DNA of 64,000 nucleotides from an uncultured delta proteobacterium (GCA_963711835.1 CAVQFQ010000017.1:480001-544000), one strand, 5' to 3'. Positions 50,131 to 60,394 are shown, counted from the stretch's first letter. Made by a program: numbers and translations. Notes: generated by a model not told the origin, from the sequence alone.

Positions 50131-51058
50131 AATAGTAAGGCCCGGTCCTTGTACGACCGTCCAGGACCAGGGACGATTCGGTTTTCAGGACCGCGGGGTC
50201 CCGGTTTCAGGGGCCATGGACCCCTACGCCTTTCGGATCGGAAATCTCCTGGTTGGAAATCGCGGCGGGGAAGCCGCCCTCGAAATCACCCTGGGCGGAT
50301 TTACGGCTGAGTTTCTAACCGAGACCCAGTTCGCTGTAACCGGGGCCAACACCGGGATTCGATTAAATGACCGGCTCATTTCCATTTGGACCTGTCACCC
50401 GGCCTTCAAAGGGGATGTACTGTCTTTTGAATTCGCCAAAAAAGGGGCTCGTGATTATCTGGCCCTGGCCGGTGGAATCGATGTGCCTCTTATGATGGGC
50501 AGCCGTTCCACCTATCTGCGGGGTTGTTTCGGTGGCTATCAGGGGCGGTCTTTGATCAAAGGGGATATCCTCAAGGGCGGGATTCACCGGCAGTCGCCCT
50601 TGGAATTGTTCCTCCCGAAGGACCTTATCCCGGCTTACGCCAACAAAGTGATTCTGAGAGTGATTCTCGGGCCCCAGGACGACGAATTTAATGAAGAACA
50701 TCTGTTCACCTTTTTAAATGCCGCCTATGAAGTCACTCAGCGCAGCGATCGAATGGGCTGTATGCTGGACGGGCCTCCGATAAGGCATAAAAGAGGAGCG
50801 GATATTATTTCCGATGGAACGGCCTTCGGATCCATCCAGATCCCGGGAAACGGCCGGCCCATCATCCTCATGGCCGACCGCCAGACCACCGGCGGTTATG
50901 TGAAGATCGCCACCGTAATTTCGGTGGATCTGCCTCTGATCGCCCAGGCCCTGCCGGGATACAAGATGCGCTTTGAAGCGACCAGCTTGCGGCAAGCCCA
51001 GGAACACCTAATCGAACAGGAAAAGAAAATTACCGAATGGGTTGGTTCGGTGAAATAG
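50111..51058 (+). CDS. pxpC: 5-oxoprolinase subunit C
   Basis: TTVQDQGR, SGAMD, GSRST, SDRMG and DRQTTGGY. Confidence 0.88.
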   Translation: MNLETIKIVRPGPCTTVQDQGRFGFQDRGVPVSGAMDPYAFRIGNLLVGNRGGEAALEITLGGFTAEFLTETQFAVTGANTGIRLNDRLISIWTCHPAFKGDVLSFEFAKKGARDYLALAGGIDVPLMMGSRSTYLRGCFGGYQGRSLIKGDILKGGIHRQSPLELFLPKDLIPAYANKVILRVILGPQDDEFNEEHLFTFLNAAYEVTQRSDRMGCMLDGPPIRHKRGADIISDGTAFGSIQIPGNGRPIILMADRQTTGGYVKIATVISVDLPLIAQALPGYKMRFEATSLRQAQEHLIEQEKKITEWVGSVK

Positions 51059-51083
51059 GTTTTTGGGAAAAGATGGAGGGTTT

Positions 51084-51866
51084 ATGAAAAAAGGTAATAC
51101 CCCGAAAAAAATCCGCCAAGAGATACGGAAAGGCCGCTGGAGCAAACCCACCTCCGGCCTGGCACCCGGGTATGCCCAGGCCAATATGGTTATCCTTGAC
51201 CAGCGCCTTGCTTTTGACTTTCTGCTTTTCTGCCAGCGCAATCCCAAACCCTGTCCCATTCTGGAGGTCCTGGAGCCGGGAGAGCCGGAGCCTAAAAGGA
51301 CCGCACCGGGGGCCGATATTCGAACCGACTTGCCGCTGTACCGGGTCTGGGAAAAGGGAAAGCTTATTGAGGAAGTTAAAAATATCAAGGCTTTTTTTAA
51401 TGCCGATCTGGTCACTTTTTTACTGGGCTGCAGTTTTTCTTTTGAAGAGGCCTTGATCGCGGCCGGTATTCCCATCCGCAATATCGAAGAAAATAAAAAT
51501 GTCTCCATGTATATCACCAACCGCACCTGCGATCCGGCCGGCCCCTTCTCAGCGCCTCTGGTGGTGACCATGCGTCCCATTCGGGACGAGCTGGTCTCCC
51601 GGACAGTCCAGATCACCTCCCGCTACGCTTCGGTCCACGGCGCTCCTATCCACATAGGGAGCGAAAAAAAATTGGGCATCAAGGACCTGGGGCGGCCGGA
51701 CTTCGGCGATCCGGTGACCATTCGAAAAGGAGAGACGCCGGTCTTCTGGGCCTGCGGGGTCACCTCCAGCCTGGCCGTCCTCTCGGCCAAGCCCGATCTC
51801 TGCATCACCCATGCCCCCGGCCACATGTTCATTACCGACGTTCGGAATGAAACCCTGGCGGGATGA
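51084..51866 (+). CDS. Putative hydro-lyase / D-glutamate cyclase family (DUF1445)
   Basis: FCQRNPKPCP, GCSFSFE, FWACGVT and THAPGHMFITD. Confidence 0.85.
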   Translation: MKKGNTPKKIRQEIRKGRWSKPTSGLAPGYAQANMVILDQRLAFDFLLFCQRNPKPCPILEVLEPGEPEPKRTAPGADIRTDLPLYRVWEKGKLIEEVKNIKAFFNADLVTFLLGCSFSFEEALIAAGIPIRNIEENKNVSMYITNRTCDPAGPFSAPLVVTMRPIRDELVSRTVQITSRYASVHGAPIHIGSEKKLGIKDLGRPDFGDPVTIRKGETPVFWACGVTSSLAVLSAKPDLCITHAPGHMFITDVRNETLAG

Positions 51867-51888
51867 GCCGGGTGGGGGATGTCTTCCT

Positions 51889-52147
51889 TTGAATGACGAA
51901 CTGATATTGAATCAACTCGAAGAACTGGCCGATAAGCTCGGGATAGAGATCCGCTACGAAAACGTAAACGGAGATGAAGCACCCGGTGCCGGCGGGCTCT
52001 GCCGTCTCAAGGGAGCCTACCGTTTTGATTATCCACTCCCAGGCACCGTTGAAGGACAAGATACAGCTCCTGACCGAGGTCTTAAAGCGATTTCCCATCG
52101 GTGACATCTATGTCAGACCGGTTATCCGGGAGCTGTTGGAGGGATAA
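51889..52147 (+). CDS. Small conserved hypothetical protein, frameshift near 52020
   Basis: LEELADKLGIEIRYE...GGLCRLKG continues as VLII...DIYVRPVIRELLEG* after one extra base. Confidence 0.55.
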
Positions 52148-52366
52148 TAGAAAAAAAGGGGGGACGTTGGTGCAGCCGTTGCTTGGTGTAACAGCTCATA
52201 GCTTCAATAACGCGTGGTTGATCGCTGACAGCGAAAGAAACGAATCATCACCGCGGAGCCGCAGAAGGACCGCCGGCTCATTCAACACGGCGAAGTACAT
52301 AAGCCTTGACCTTTCCGGCCGGGTGTTCTAACTTATTAGAAATTCTTTTAGGAAATCGAATTAAAA

Positions 52367-52708
52367 ATGCACGAAATGGCAATCGCTCAAAGCATTATTG
52401 ATATTGTGGAACAGGAAATGGCCCGCCATGGGGTGACCAAGGTCAAAACCATTCGGCTGGTGGTGGGGGAGTTCACGGCCGTGGTCCCGGACAGTCTATC
52501 TTTCTGTTTTGAAATAATCACCAAGGAAACTCCTCTCGAAGGGGTGGAGATAGAAATGGAACAGGTCCCCCTGACCGGGCGCTGTAAGTCCTGCAGCCAG
52601 GAATTCCCCATCCAGGAATATAAATTTATTTGTCCTCAGTGCGGTTCCAAAGAGGTCGAGGCCATCGCCGGGAAAGAGTTATTTGTGAAAGAAATCGAAG
52701 CGGAATAG
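52367..52708 (+). CDS. hypA: Hydrogenase nickel chaperone
   Basis: MHEMAIA and two CxxC motifs. Confidence 0.93.
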   Translation: MHEMAIAQSIIDIVEQEMARHGVTKVKTIRLVVGEFTAVVPDSLSFCFEIITKETPLEGVEIEMEQVPLTGRCKSCSQEFPIQEYKFICPQCGSKEVEAIAGKELFVKEIEAE

Positions 52709-52766
52709 AAAAACAGCTCATAGCGGACAGCCCTAAGCTGATAGATAAGACGAAAAGGAAAGATCA

Positions 52767-53429
52767 ATGAAAGTACCGGTAGTGAGAAATGTGTTGGAGG
52801 CCAATGAACAATTAGCCGAACAAAACCGGACCTTTTTTAAGGAAAAGGGGTTGCTGGTTCTAAATTTAATGAGTTCTCCGGGCGCCGGGAAGACCACCCT
52901 GCTGGAACGGACCGTGGAGGCCTTAAAGGATCGGATTCGCATCGGGGTGATTGAAGGAGATATCCAGTCCACCTATGATGCCGAAAGGATCGCCCGGCAT
53001 GGGGTGGCCGCCGTTCAGATCAATACCGGCGGGGCCTGTCATCTGGACAGCCGCATGATTCAGGCGGCCTTAAAGGAGATGGACCCGGCAGCCCTGGATT
53101 TATTGGTGGTGGAAAATGTGGGCAACCTGGTCTGCCCGGCTGAATTTGATATGGGGGAAGATCACAAGGTGATGATCCTGAGCGTTACCGAAGGGGACGA
53201 CAAGCCGCTCAAATACCCTTTGATGTTCGCCAAATCCAGCGTGCTGCTGATCAATAAAATCGATCTGCTTCCTTATATCCAGACCAGCGTCGAATTGATC
53301 CGTAAAATTTCCCTTGAGATCAATCCCCACCTGGAGATCTTCGAAGTCTCCTGCCAGAATCGGACCGGCCTGGAAGCCTGGTATGATTGGATCCTGCAAC
53401 GGGTACCGCATTATACAGGCCTGGCCTGA
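52767..53429 (+). CDS. hypB: Hydrogenase nickel incorporation GTPase
   Basis: SSPGAGKTT, CHLD, ENVGNLVCP and NKIDL. Confidence 0.95.
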   Translation: MKVPVVRNVLEANEQLAEQNRTFFKEKGLLVLNLMSSPGAGKTTLLERTVEALKDRIRIGVIEGDIQSTYDAERIARHGVAAVQINTGGACHLDSRMIQAALKEMDPAALDLLVVENVGNLVCPAEFDMGEDHKVMILSVTEGDDKPLKYPLMFAKSSVLLINKIDLLPYIQTSVELIRKISLEINPHLEIFEVSCQNRTGLEAWYDWILQRVPHYTGLA

Positions 53430-53435
53430 ATCGCC

Positions 53436-53466
53436 AGGCGTGAGGCGTGAGGCGAGAGGCGCAAGG
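53436..53466. repeat. Tandem heptamer repeat
   Basis: AGGCGTG-AGGCGTG-AGGCGAG-AGGCGCA-AGG between hypB and hypF. Confidence 0.6.
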
Positions 53467-53538
53467 AACAAAGGGCCTGAGGTGCAGAGATCTTTCTCCC
53501 ATGACAGGGTAATGCAAAACCTGCCAAGATTTTCCCTA

Positions 53539-55818
53539 ATGAAGTTCCGCTATAAAGTAACCGTTCAGGGCATTGTCCAAGGGGTGGGGTTCCGACCTTT
53601 CCTTTATCAACAAGCCGCTCTTCGAGGAATGACCGGTTTCGTGACCAACACCTCCCAGGGGGTGGAATTGGAAATCGAAGGTCGACAGCAGGACCTGGCC
53701 GATTTTCTGAAGACCTTACAGAACCAGCCCCCGCCTCTGGCTAAAATTATCGACCTCCAGGTCCGCCCTATCCCACTGACCCATGACCTTGAATTCCAAA
53801 TCCGGGAGAGTGTCCACCGGGAAGAACGCTCGGCCCTTATTTCGCCGGATATGGCCACCTGTGCCGACTGCCTCAGGGAACTCGAGGACCCTCAGGACCG
53901 CCGTTATCAATATCCCTTTATCAACTGCACCAATTGCGGTCCCCGTTACACGATCATAAAGGATATCCCCTATGACCGGGACAAAACCACCATGGCGGCC
54001 TTTGCCCTGTGTCCCGAGTGCGCCCGGGAATATCATTCCCCTTTGGACCGGAGGTTCCATGCCCAGCCCAATGCCTGCTGGACATGCGGTCCCCAGGTGT
54101 CGCTTTGCGATGACCGGGGCAAGGTCCTGGAGACCCGGGAGCCGATTAAAGAAGCGGCCCGGCTCCTTAAGGAGGCCCGGATCATTGCCGTCAAGGGCTT
54201 GGGAGGATTTCACCTGGTCGTGGATGCCTGCCAGGAGGATGCGGTTCAAGGCTTAAGGGCCAGGAAACACCGGGAAGAAAAACCTTTGGCCTTGATGTCC
54301 AAGGACCTGGAAACAGTCGCCCATTATGCCTGGCTTGATCCTGAAGAATCCGAAATAATTCAATCCCGGGAACGCCCGATTCTCCTGCTCAGAAAAAAGA
54401 TCCCCAATTCCATCGCTCCCTCAGTAGCACCCTGCAACCAGTATTATGGCGTTATGCTGCCCTATACCCCGATTCATCATCTGCTCTTGGATCAGGGATT
54501 TTCAGCACTGGTCATGACCAGCGGAAACCTCTCCGAGGAGCCTATCTGCAAGGATAACCAAGAGGCTTTTCGACGGCTGAGGGGCATAGCCGATTTCTTT
54601 CTGATCCATAATCGGGAGATCCATCTCCGGAGCGACGATTCGATAGTTCAAAAGGTTTCGGGGCGCCTGCGGCAGCTCCGGCGATCCCGGGGTTTTGTGC
54701 CAGTGCCTATCTTTTTGAAAGAGCCCCTTTCCCCAATTCTGGCTTGCGGGGCCGAGCTGAAAAATACCGTTTGTCTGACCAAAGACAACCGGGCTTTTCT
54801 CAGCCAGCATATCGGTGACCTGGAGAATCTCGAAACCCTGGAATTCTTTAAGCTGACCATTCATCATTTGAAACAGATCCTCCAAATCGAGCCTGAAATC
54901 ATCGCCTATGACCTCCATCCGGACTATCTCAGCACGCAATATGCCCTGGAACAAAAAGGCGTGCGGTTAATCGGAGTCCAGCATCACTTCGCCCACCTGG
55001 TGGGCTGCATGGCCGAACACGGCCTGGATGAAAAAGTCATTGGGCTTGCTCTCGACGGCTCCGGCTACGGCCTGGATGGCCGAATCTGGGGTGGTGAGGT
55101 CCTGGTCGGAGACCTGGCCTCTTTTGAACGGCGGGGGCATTTCGCCTACCTGCCTATGCCCGGGGGAGCCAAGGCCATCAAGGAACCCTGGCGCATGGCC
55201 GTCAGTTACCTGGTCCAGGCCTTTGGCGAAGGCCTTTGGGACCTCCCCCTGCCCCTGCTGGCCAAGATTCCCCGGTCCAAGGTGGAAACCATCCTAAAAA
55301 TGATCCAGCAGCAAATCAACAGTCCTCTGACCTCAAGCTGCGGCCGGCTTTTTGACGGCGTAGCCGCTCTGGTGGGGCTAAGAGAAAGCGTGGCCTTTGA
55401 AGGCCAGGCGGCTATGGAACTGGAGATGATCCAAGACCAGAGCCCGACCCGGCCGTATCCCTGGGAATTTAAAAAAGAAGGAACGACCCATTTGATTCTC
55501 CCTCAGCCTATTATTCAGGGGGTGGTGGCGGATATGGCCGGCCAGGCTTCCAGAGAGCAGATCAGCCGCCGCTTCCATCTTACCCTGATGGAGGTTTTCA
55601 GCAGGGTCTGCCTGAAGCTGCGGGATGAGACCGGGTTTGAAAAGGTGGTTCTGGGCGGAGGCGTTTTTCAGAACCGCACCCTTTTAACCGGCCTGGAAGA
55701 AAGATTGCAACGGGAAGGCTTTCAGGTTTATAGTAAGGTCCAGGTCCCCACTAATGATGGCGGTATTGCCTTGGGACAGGCAGTGGCCGCCCATTATATG
55801 AGCAAAAGAAGGGGATGA
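53539..55818 (+). CDS. hypF: Carbamoyltransferase
   Basis: GIVQGVGFRPF, zinc fingers, KGLGGFHL, QHHFAH and NDGGIALGQ. Confidence 0.95.
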   Translation: MKFRYKVTVQGIVQGVGFRPFLYQQAALRGMTGFVTNTSQGVELEIEGRQQDLADFLKTLQNQPPPLAKIIDLQVRPIPLTHDLEFQIRESVHREERSALISPDMATCADCLRELEDPQDRRYQYPFINCTNCGPRYTIIKDIPYDRDKTTMAAFALCPECAREYHSPLDRRFHAQPNACWTCGPQVSLCDDRGKVLETREPIKEAARLLKEARIIAVKGLGGFHLVVDACQEDAVQGLRARKHREEKPLALMSKDLETVAHYAWLDPEESEIIQSRERPILLLRKKIPNSIAPSVAPCNQYYGVMLPYTPIHHLLLDQGFSALVMTSGNLSEEPICKDNQEAFRRLRGIADFFLIHNREIHLRSDDSIVQKVSGRLRQLRRSRGFVPVPIFLKEPLSPILACGAELKNTVCLTKDNRAFLSQHIGDLENLETLEFFKLTIHHLKQILQIEPEIIAYDLHPDYLSTQYALEQKGVRLIGVQHHFAHLVGCMAEHGLDEKVIGLALDGSGYGLDGRIWGGEVLVGDLASFERRGHFAYLPMPGGAKAIKEPWRMAVSYLVQAFGEGLWDLPLPLLAKIPRSKVETILKMIQQQINSPLTSSCGRLFDGVAALVGLRESVAFEGQAAMELEMIQDQSPTRPYPWEFKKEGTTHLILPQPIIQGVVADMAGQASREQISRRFHLTLMEVFSRVCLKLRDETGFEKVVLGGGVFQNRTLLTGLEERLQREGFQVYSKVQVPTNDGGIALGQAVAAHYMSKRRG

Positions 55819-56666
55819 AGGACGCGGTTATGATCGCCTCTCTTCACCCTTGTATAACGAAAGACCTTAATATCCTTTGCGCCGGCAGGTCGTTGACCGA
55901 CCGGGAAAAAAAGAAGCTGCAAAAGGCCCGAGCCGTCATCGTTGCCCAAGGGGTAACGGCCGAGGTCTATCGGGAGTGCCGCAGGCTGGTCCCGCAGGTC
56001 TTTCCCAATTACGACCTGCGTTTTCCCCTGGAAGGAAAAGTGGGGGACAGCCTTCTCTTTGAATACTATCAGGTGCCTCATCCCAAAACCCTTCTTTTTG
56101 AGAATCAAGAGGCCTTGGTGAAGCATTATCCCGATCCGGAGATAGTTCCCTCCCTGCTCTCGGGATATCCTTATGTCTTCAAGGCCAACCTGGGGGGGGA
56201 AGGAGCCTTTGTTTTTTTGATCCATTCCGAAGCGGAATTATCGGAAAAATTGGCCTGGTTGCCAAAAGGGGATAAGGCCTCTGAAGGATTCGTACTCCAG
56301 GAACGAATTGACCATGGGGGCCGGGATTTGCGGGTGGCGGTTATATTTGATGCCCTCTATGCCTATTGGCGAGTCCAGGACAACCCGGAGGTGTTTTATA
56401 CCAACCTTAGCCAGGGAGGCCGGATTGTGCCTATCGGCGAAGCGTCTCCGGAAAAAAAGGCCCTCCAGGGGGTTAGGGAATTTTGCCGCCGGAGCGGGAT
56501 TAATTTGGCCGGTTTTGATATTATCTTCGATCGAAAAAACGACCCGGCCCGCCCTTTATTTTTAGAAATTAATTATTATTTTGGAAGAAAGGGGCTGGGA
56601 GGATCCCTGCGCTTTTATGAGTTGTTGTCACGGGGGGCTGACCGCTGGTTGGCCTCTCTGGATTAA
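55815..56666 (+). CDS. RimK-like ATP-grasp protein
   Basis: YPYVFKANLGGEG, LQERI, DLRV, NLSQGG, GFD and LEIN. Confidence 0.75.
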   Translation: MKDAVMIASLHPCITKDLNILCAGRSLTDREKKKLQKARAVIVAQGVTAEVYRECRRLVPQVFPNYDLRFPLEGKVGDSLLFEYYQVPHPKTLLFENQEALVKHYPDPEIVPSLLSGYPYVFKANLGGEGAFVFLIHSEAELSEKLAWLPKGDKASEGFVLQERIDHGGRDLRVAVIFDALYAYWRVQDNPEVFYTNLSQGGRIVPIGEASPEKKALQGVREFCRRSGINLAGFDIIFDRKNDPARPLFLEINYYFGRKGLGGSLRFYELLSRGADRWLASLD

Positions 56667-56730
56667 GAAGAAAAATCAGGTTCAGCACAAAGCCGAGGGC
56701 CTTGAGCGGATCGGCTTTTAAGGAGTAGTT

Positions 56731-56967
56731 ATGTGTTTGGCCATTCCCATGGAAGTAAAAGAGATCAGGGAGAACTGGGCCCTGGTGGAATACGAGGGGA
56801 CGCGGAGAGAGGTCCGTTTGGATATTGTAGACCAACGACCCGAATTAGGGGATTATGTGATTATCCACGCCGGTTTTGCCCTTCATCTCATTGATGAGGA
56901 GGATGCCCGGGAGAGTTTGAAATACTGGAAGGAAATACTGGCCCATGCCGATGAAGCATTTGAGTGA
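56731..56967 (+). CDS. hypC: Hydrogenase maturation chaperone
   Basis: MCLAIP and GDYVIIHAGFA. Confidence 0.95.
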   Translation: MCLAIPMEVKEIRENWALVEYEGTRREVRLDIVDQRPELGDYVIIHAGFALHLIDEEDARESLKYWKEILAHADEAFE

Positions 56968-58033
56968 GTACCGGGATAAATCCTTAGCTCAAAAAATAAT
57001 CAGGGCGATTCAAAACCGATCCCGAAAACCGATTCGGCTGATGGAGGTCTGCGGGACCCACACGGTATCGATCTTCCGCCATGGCATCCGCCAGGTGTTG
57101 CCTTCCACCATTGATCTGATTTCCGGCCCCGGGTGTCCGGTTTGCGTCACGGCTACGGAAGAAATCGACCAAGCCATAGTCCTGGCCAGGGTTCCCGGGG
57201 TGATGGTAACTACCTTCGGCGATTTGATTCGCGTTCCCGGATCTTCATCGTCATTACAGCTGGAAAGGGCCTCAGGGGCGGATGTCCGCCTGGTCTATTC
57301 CACCTTTGATGCCTTGAAATATGCCCAGGATTACCCGAATAAACAGGTCGTCTTTCTGGCCATTGGTTTCGAAACCACAGCACCGACCATCGCCGCGGCC
57401 GTTTTGGAGGCCGATCGCCTTGGGCTGAAGAATTTTTATATTCTGACCGCCCACAAATTGCTTCCTCCGGCCCTGGCGGCCCTACTGAATTCCGAGGATT
57501 TGAATATTCAGGGTTTTATCTATCCGGGCCATGTCACCACCATTATCGGGACCAAGGCCTATGAAGAGGTGGCCCGGACCTATCAGGTGCCCGGAGTGGT
57601 CAGCGGTTTTGAACCGGTCGATATCCTGGAAACAGTCCTTATGCTGGTTAACCAGATTGAAGAGCAGCAGGCCCGGGTGGAGATCCAGTATAAACGGGGT
57701 GTCAGGGCGGAAGGGAACCTCATGGCCTTATCCGTTCTGGACCGGGTCTTCCGGCCCTGCGATGCCGTCTGGCGGGGTCTGGGGATGATTCCACAAAGCG
57801 GCTTGACCTTGCGGGCCGAGTTCCGGGCTTTTGCTGCGGAAGATGTTTTTGATCTTCAGGTCCCGCCGGCTCAGGACTATCCCGGCTGCGCCTGCGGCGA
57901 GGTCCTGAGGGGTGTAAAAACCCCTCTGGAGTGCAGGCTTTTCCGTTCGGTTTGCGGGCCCGACAGCCCCATCGGTCCCTGTATGGTCTCCAGCGAAGGA
58001 ACCTGCGCTGCTTATTACAAATACCATGAGTAG
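56951..58033 (+). CDS. hypD: Hydrogenase maturation protein
   Basis: MEVCGTHT, GPGCPVC, GFETT, PGHV and GPCMVSSEGTC. Confidence 0.95.
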   Translation: MKHLSEYRDKSLAQKIIRAIQNRSRKPIRLMEVCGTHTVSIFRHGIRQVLPSTIDLISGPGCPVCVTATEEIDQAIVLARVPGVMVTTFGDLIRVPGSSSSLQLERASGADVRLVYSTFDALKYAQDYPNKQVVFLAIGFETTAPTIAAAVLEADRLGLKNFYILTAHKLLPPALAALLNSEDLNIQGFIYPGHVTTIIGTKAYEEVARTYQVPGVVSGFEPVDILETVLMLVNQIEEQQARVEIQYKRGVRAEGNLMALSVLDRVFRPCDAVWRGLGMIPQSGLTLRAEFRAFAAEDVFDLQVPPAQDYPGCACGEVLRGVKTPLECRLFRSVCGPDSPIGPCMVSSEGTCAAYYKYHE

Positions 58034-58039
58034 AAAATA

Positions 58040-58140
58040 AGCGGTCAGCTTTCAGCAGTCAGCTAAACGGAAAAACTGGCCGTTATTTCTTTGAATGAAT
58101 TATTATACGCTGATCGCTGAGTGCTCGCTGATGGTAGCTA
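58040..58140. repeat. Inverted AGCNNTC/GCTGANN heptamer repeat
   Basis: AGCGGTCAGCTTTCAGCAGTCAGC ... GCTGATCGCTGAGTGCT; related copies near 7550 and 52715. Confidence 0.55.
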
Positions 58141-58154
58141 AAAAGGAATCCCTC

Positions 58155-59165
58155 ATGAACCGGGAAAAGATTCTTCTTGATCATGGAAGCGGGGGCCGGG
58201 CCTCCCACGAATTGATTGAAACCTACTTTGTGCCCCGCTTTCAAAACCCTTTTCTAAATGACCTGAACGACAGCGCCGTAGTTAATTTTTCAGAGGTCCG
58301 CCTGGCCTTTACCACCGACAGCTATGTAGTGGACCCCATTTTTTTCCCGGGAGGAGATATCGGTTCCCTGGCCGTCTGCGGAACCGTGAATGACTTGTCC
58401 ATGAGAGGCGCCCGGCCTTACTACTTGAGCCTTGGTTTTATCCTTGAAGAGGGATTCCCCCTGGAGGACTTGAAACGGATCCTGCTCTCTATGGAACAGG
58501 CCGTTCGGGAAGCGGGAGTCCAGATCGTTACCGGAGACACCAAGGTCGTGCCCAAGGGATCAGCCGATAAAATATTCATCAATACCTCAGGCCTCGGTCT
58601 GATTCCCGAGGGAATCAGCATAGCCGGCCAGAATGCCCTGCCGGGGGATGCCGTTCTCCTGAGTGGTTGCGTAGGGGATCATGGCCTGACCATTCTTTCA
58701 AAAAGAGAAGGGCTGGCCTTTGATTCGCCCTTGAAGAGCGATGTGGCCCCGTTAAATCACCTGGTCCGGGAGATGCTGGCCGTAAGCTCGGAAATCCATG
58801 TCTTGCGCGACCCCACCCGCGGGGGGTTGGCCACCACCTTAAATGAAATCGCCCAACAATCCCAGGTCGGTTTGGAACTTTGGGAGGACAGGATACCGAT
58901 TCGGGGGAGCGTTCTGGCGGCCTCTGAGATCCTGGGATTGGATCCTCTTTACGTCGCCAATGAAGGCAAGCTGGTCGCCATCCTTCCGCAATCGCAGGCC
59001 GAGGCGGTTCTGGCGGCCATGAAAAAGAATCCCTATGGCAAGGAGGCCGCTATCATCGGCCGGGTGAAATCTGAACATCCCGGTCGGGTGGTCATGAAAA
59101 CCGCCATCGGCGGGAAAAGGTTGGTGGATATGCTCTCCGGGGAACAATTGCCCCGCATTTGTTAG
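58155..59165 (+). CDS. hypE: Carbamoyl dehydratase
   Basis: HGSGG, TTDSYVVDP, GDTKVV, RDPTRGG and C-terminal LPRIC. Confidence 0.95.
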   Translation: MNREKILLDHGSGGRASHELIETYFVPRFQNPFLNDLNDSAVVNFSEVRLAFTTDSYVVDPIFFPGGDIGSLAVCGTVNDLSMRGARPYYLSLGFILEEGFPLEDLKRILLSMEQAVREAGVQIVTGDTKVVPKGSADKIFINTSGLGLIPEGISIAGQNALPGDAVLLSGCVGDHGLTILSKREGLAFDSPLKSDVAPLNHLVREMLAVSSEIHVLRDPTRGGLATTLNEIAQQSQVGLELWEDRIPIRGSVLAASEILGLDPLYVANEGKLVAILPQSQAEAVLAAMKKNPYGKEAAIIGRVKSEHPGRVVMKTAIGGKRLVDMLSGEQLPRIC

Positions 59166-59231
59166 CCTCCGTTTGCCTGTTCCGGCCTCTGGTCGGCTGG
59201 CCGAGATAAAGAAAATAACTTCAGAACCTTC

Positions 59232-60377
59232 TTAATGGCCTAATAGGCTGCGGGCCACGATCTGTTTTTCCATCTCCTTGGTGCCCTCGTAGATCTCCAG
59301 GATCTTGGCGTCGCGGTAGAAGCGCTGGATATCGTATTCGTCTATATAGCCGTAGCCCCCGTGCATCTGGAGGGCCTCATCGACCGCCCGGACCGCCATT
59401 TCCCCTGAAAACCACTTGGCCATGGCGATCAGGCCATGGTCGACCTGGCCGTGATCCACCTTCCAGGCCGCTTTGTAATACAGGTTTCGGGCCGCTTCGA
59501 TCTTGGTAGCCATCTCGGCCAGCTTGAACTGGGTGACCTGAAAAGAAGCCAGGGTCTTGCCGAATTGCTTCCGCTGTTTGACATGACGCAGGGCCTGCTC
59601 CATGGCCCCTTGGGCCACACCCACCGCCTGGGCGCAGATATGCAGGCGGGTGCGGTTGAAAAATTCCATGAACTGGTAAAAGCCCTTCCCCGGCTGGCCG
59701 ATCAGGTGACTGGCCGGGACGGCCACCTCTTTGAAGGATAACTCGGCCGTATTGGAGGCCCGAATGCCCAGCTTGCCATGGATCTTGGTGGCCTGAAACC
59801 CTGGAGAATCCGTTTCCACCAGGATGACGCTGTGGCGGTTGTGGACGGAAGAGGCTTGAGGGTCAGTCAGGCAATAAACCAGGACAACCTGGGCCAGGTT
59901 TCCGTTGGTGATAAACATCTTACTACCGCTGATGCGAAAGCCGTTCCCTTCCGGGTTGGCCGTGGTGACGGCTGCCGTGATGTCGCTGCCGGCATCGGAT
60001 TCGGTTATAGCGGAAGCCATAATGGCCTCGCCGGACACCAGGGGTGGCAGGTATTTGCTTTTCTGTTCTTCATTCCCAAAAAGGATGAGCATCTCCGAGC
60101 CGAAGGTCGTGGAAAGGATGGCTTGACCGCAGCCCGGGTCCACCCGCCAGAACTCCTCGGTGATCAAGCAATGTTCCAGATACCCCATGCCGACTCCCCC
60201 GTAGGTTTCAGGAATAAAGACCCCTACAAAACCCAGTTCACAAGCCTTCTTCCAGACCTTAAGATCGAACTCTTCCTTTTGATCGCATTCCCGGGCAATA
60301 GGTGGAAACTCCTTTTGAGCAAATTCCCGAGCTGCTTGTTTGATATCTTTCTGTTCCGCTGTCAATTCAAAATCCAC
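59232..60377 (-). CDS. Acyl-CoA dehydrogenase
   Basis: ITESDAGSD, GSKMFITNG, RKQFG, QMHGGYGY and IYEGT. Confidence 0.92.
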   Translation of the reverse strand: MDFELTAEQKDIKQAAREFAQKEFPPIARECDQKEEFDLKVWKKACELGFVGVFIPETYGGVGMGYLEHCLITEEFWRVDPGCGQAILSTTFGSEMLILFGNEEQKSKYLPPLVSGEAIMASAITESDAGSDITAAVTTANPEGNGFRISGSKMFITNGNLAQVVLVYCLTDPQASSVHNRHSVILVETDSPGFQATKIHGKLGIRASNTAELSFKEVAVPASHLIGQPGKGFYQFMEFFNRTRLHICAQAVGVAQGAMEQALRHVKQRKQFGKTLASFQVTQFKLAEMATKIEAARNLYYKAAWKVDHGQVDHGLIAMAKWFSGEMAVRAVDEALQMHGGYGYIDEYDIQRFYRDAKILEIYEGTKEMEKQIVARSLLGH

Positions 60378-60394
60378 GAAAAGGTCCTCCTTTA

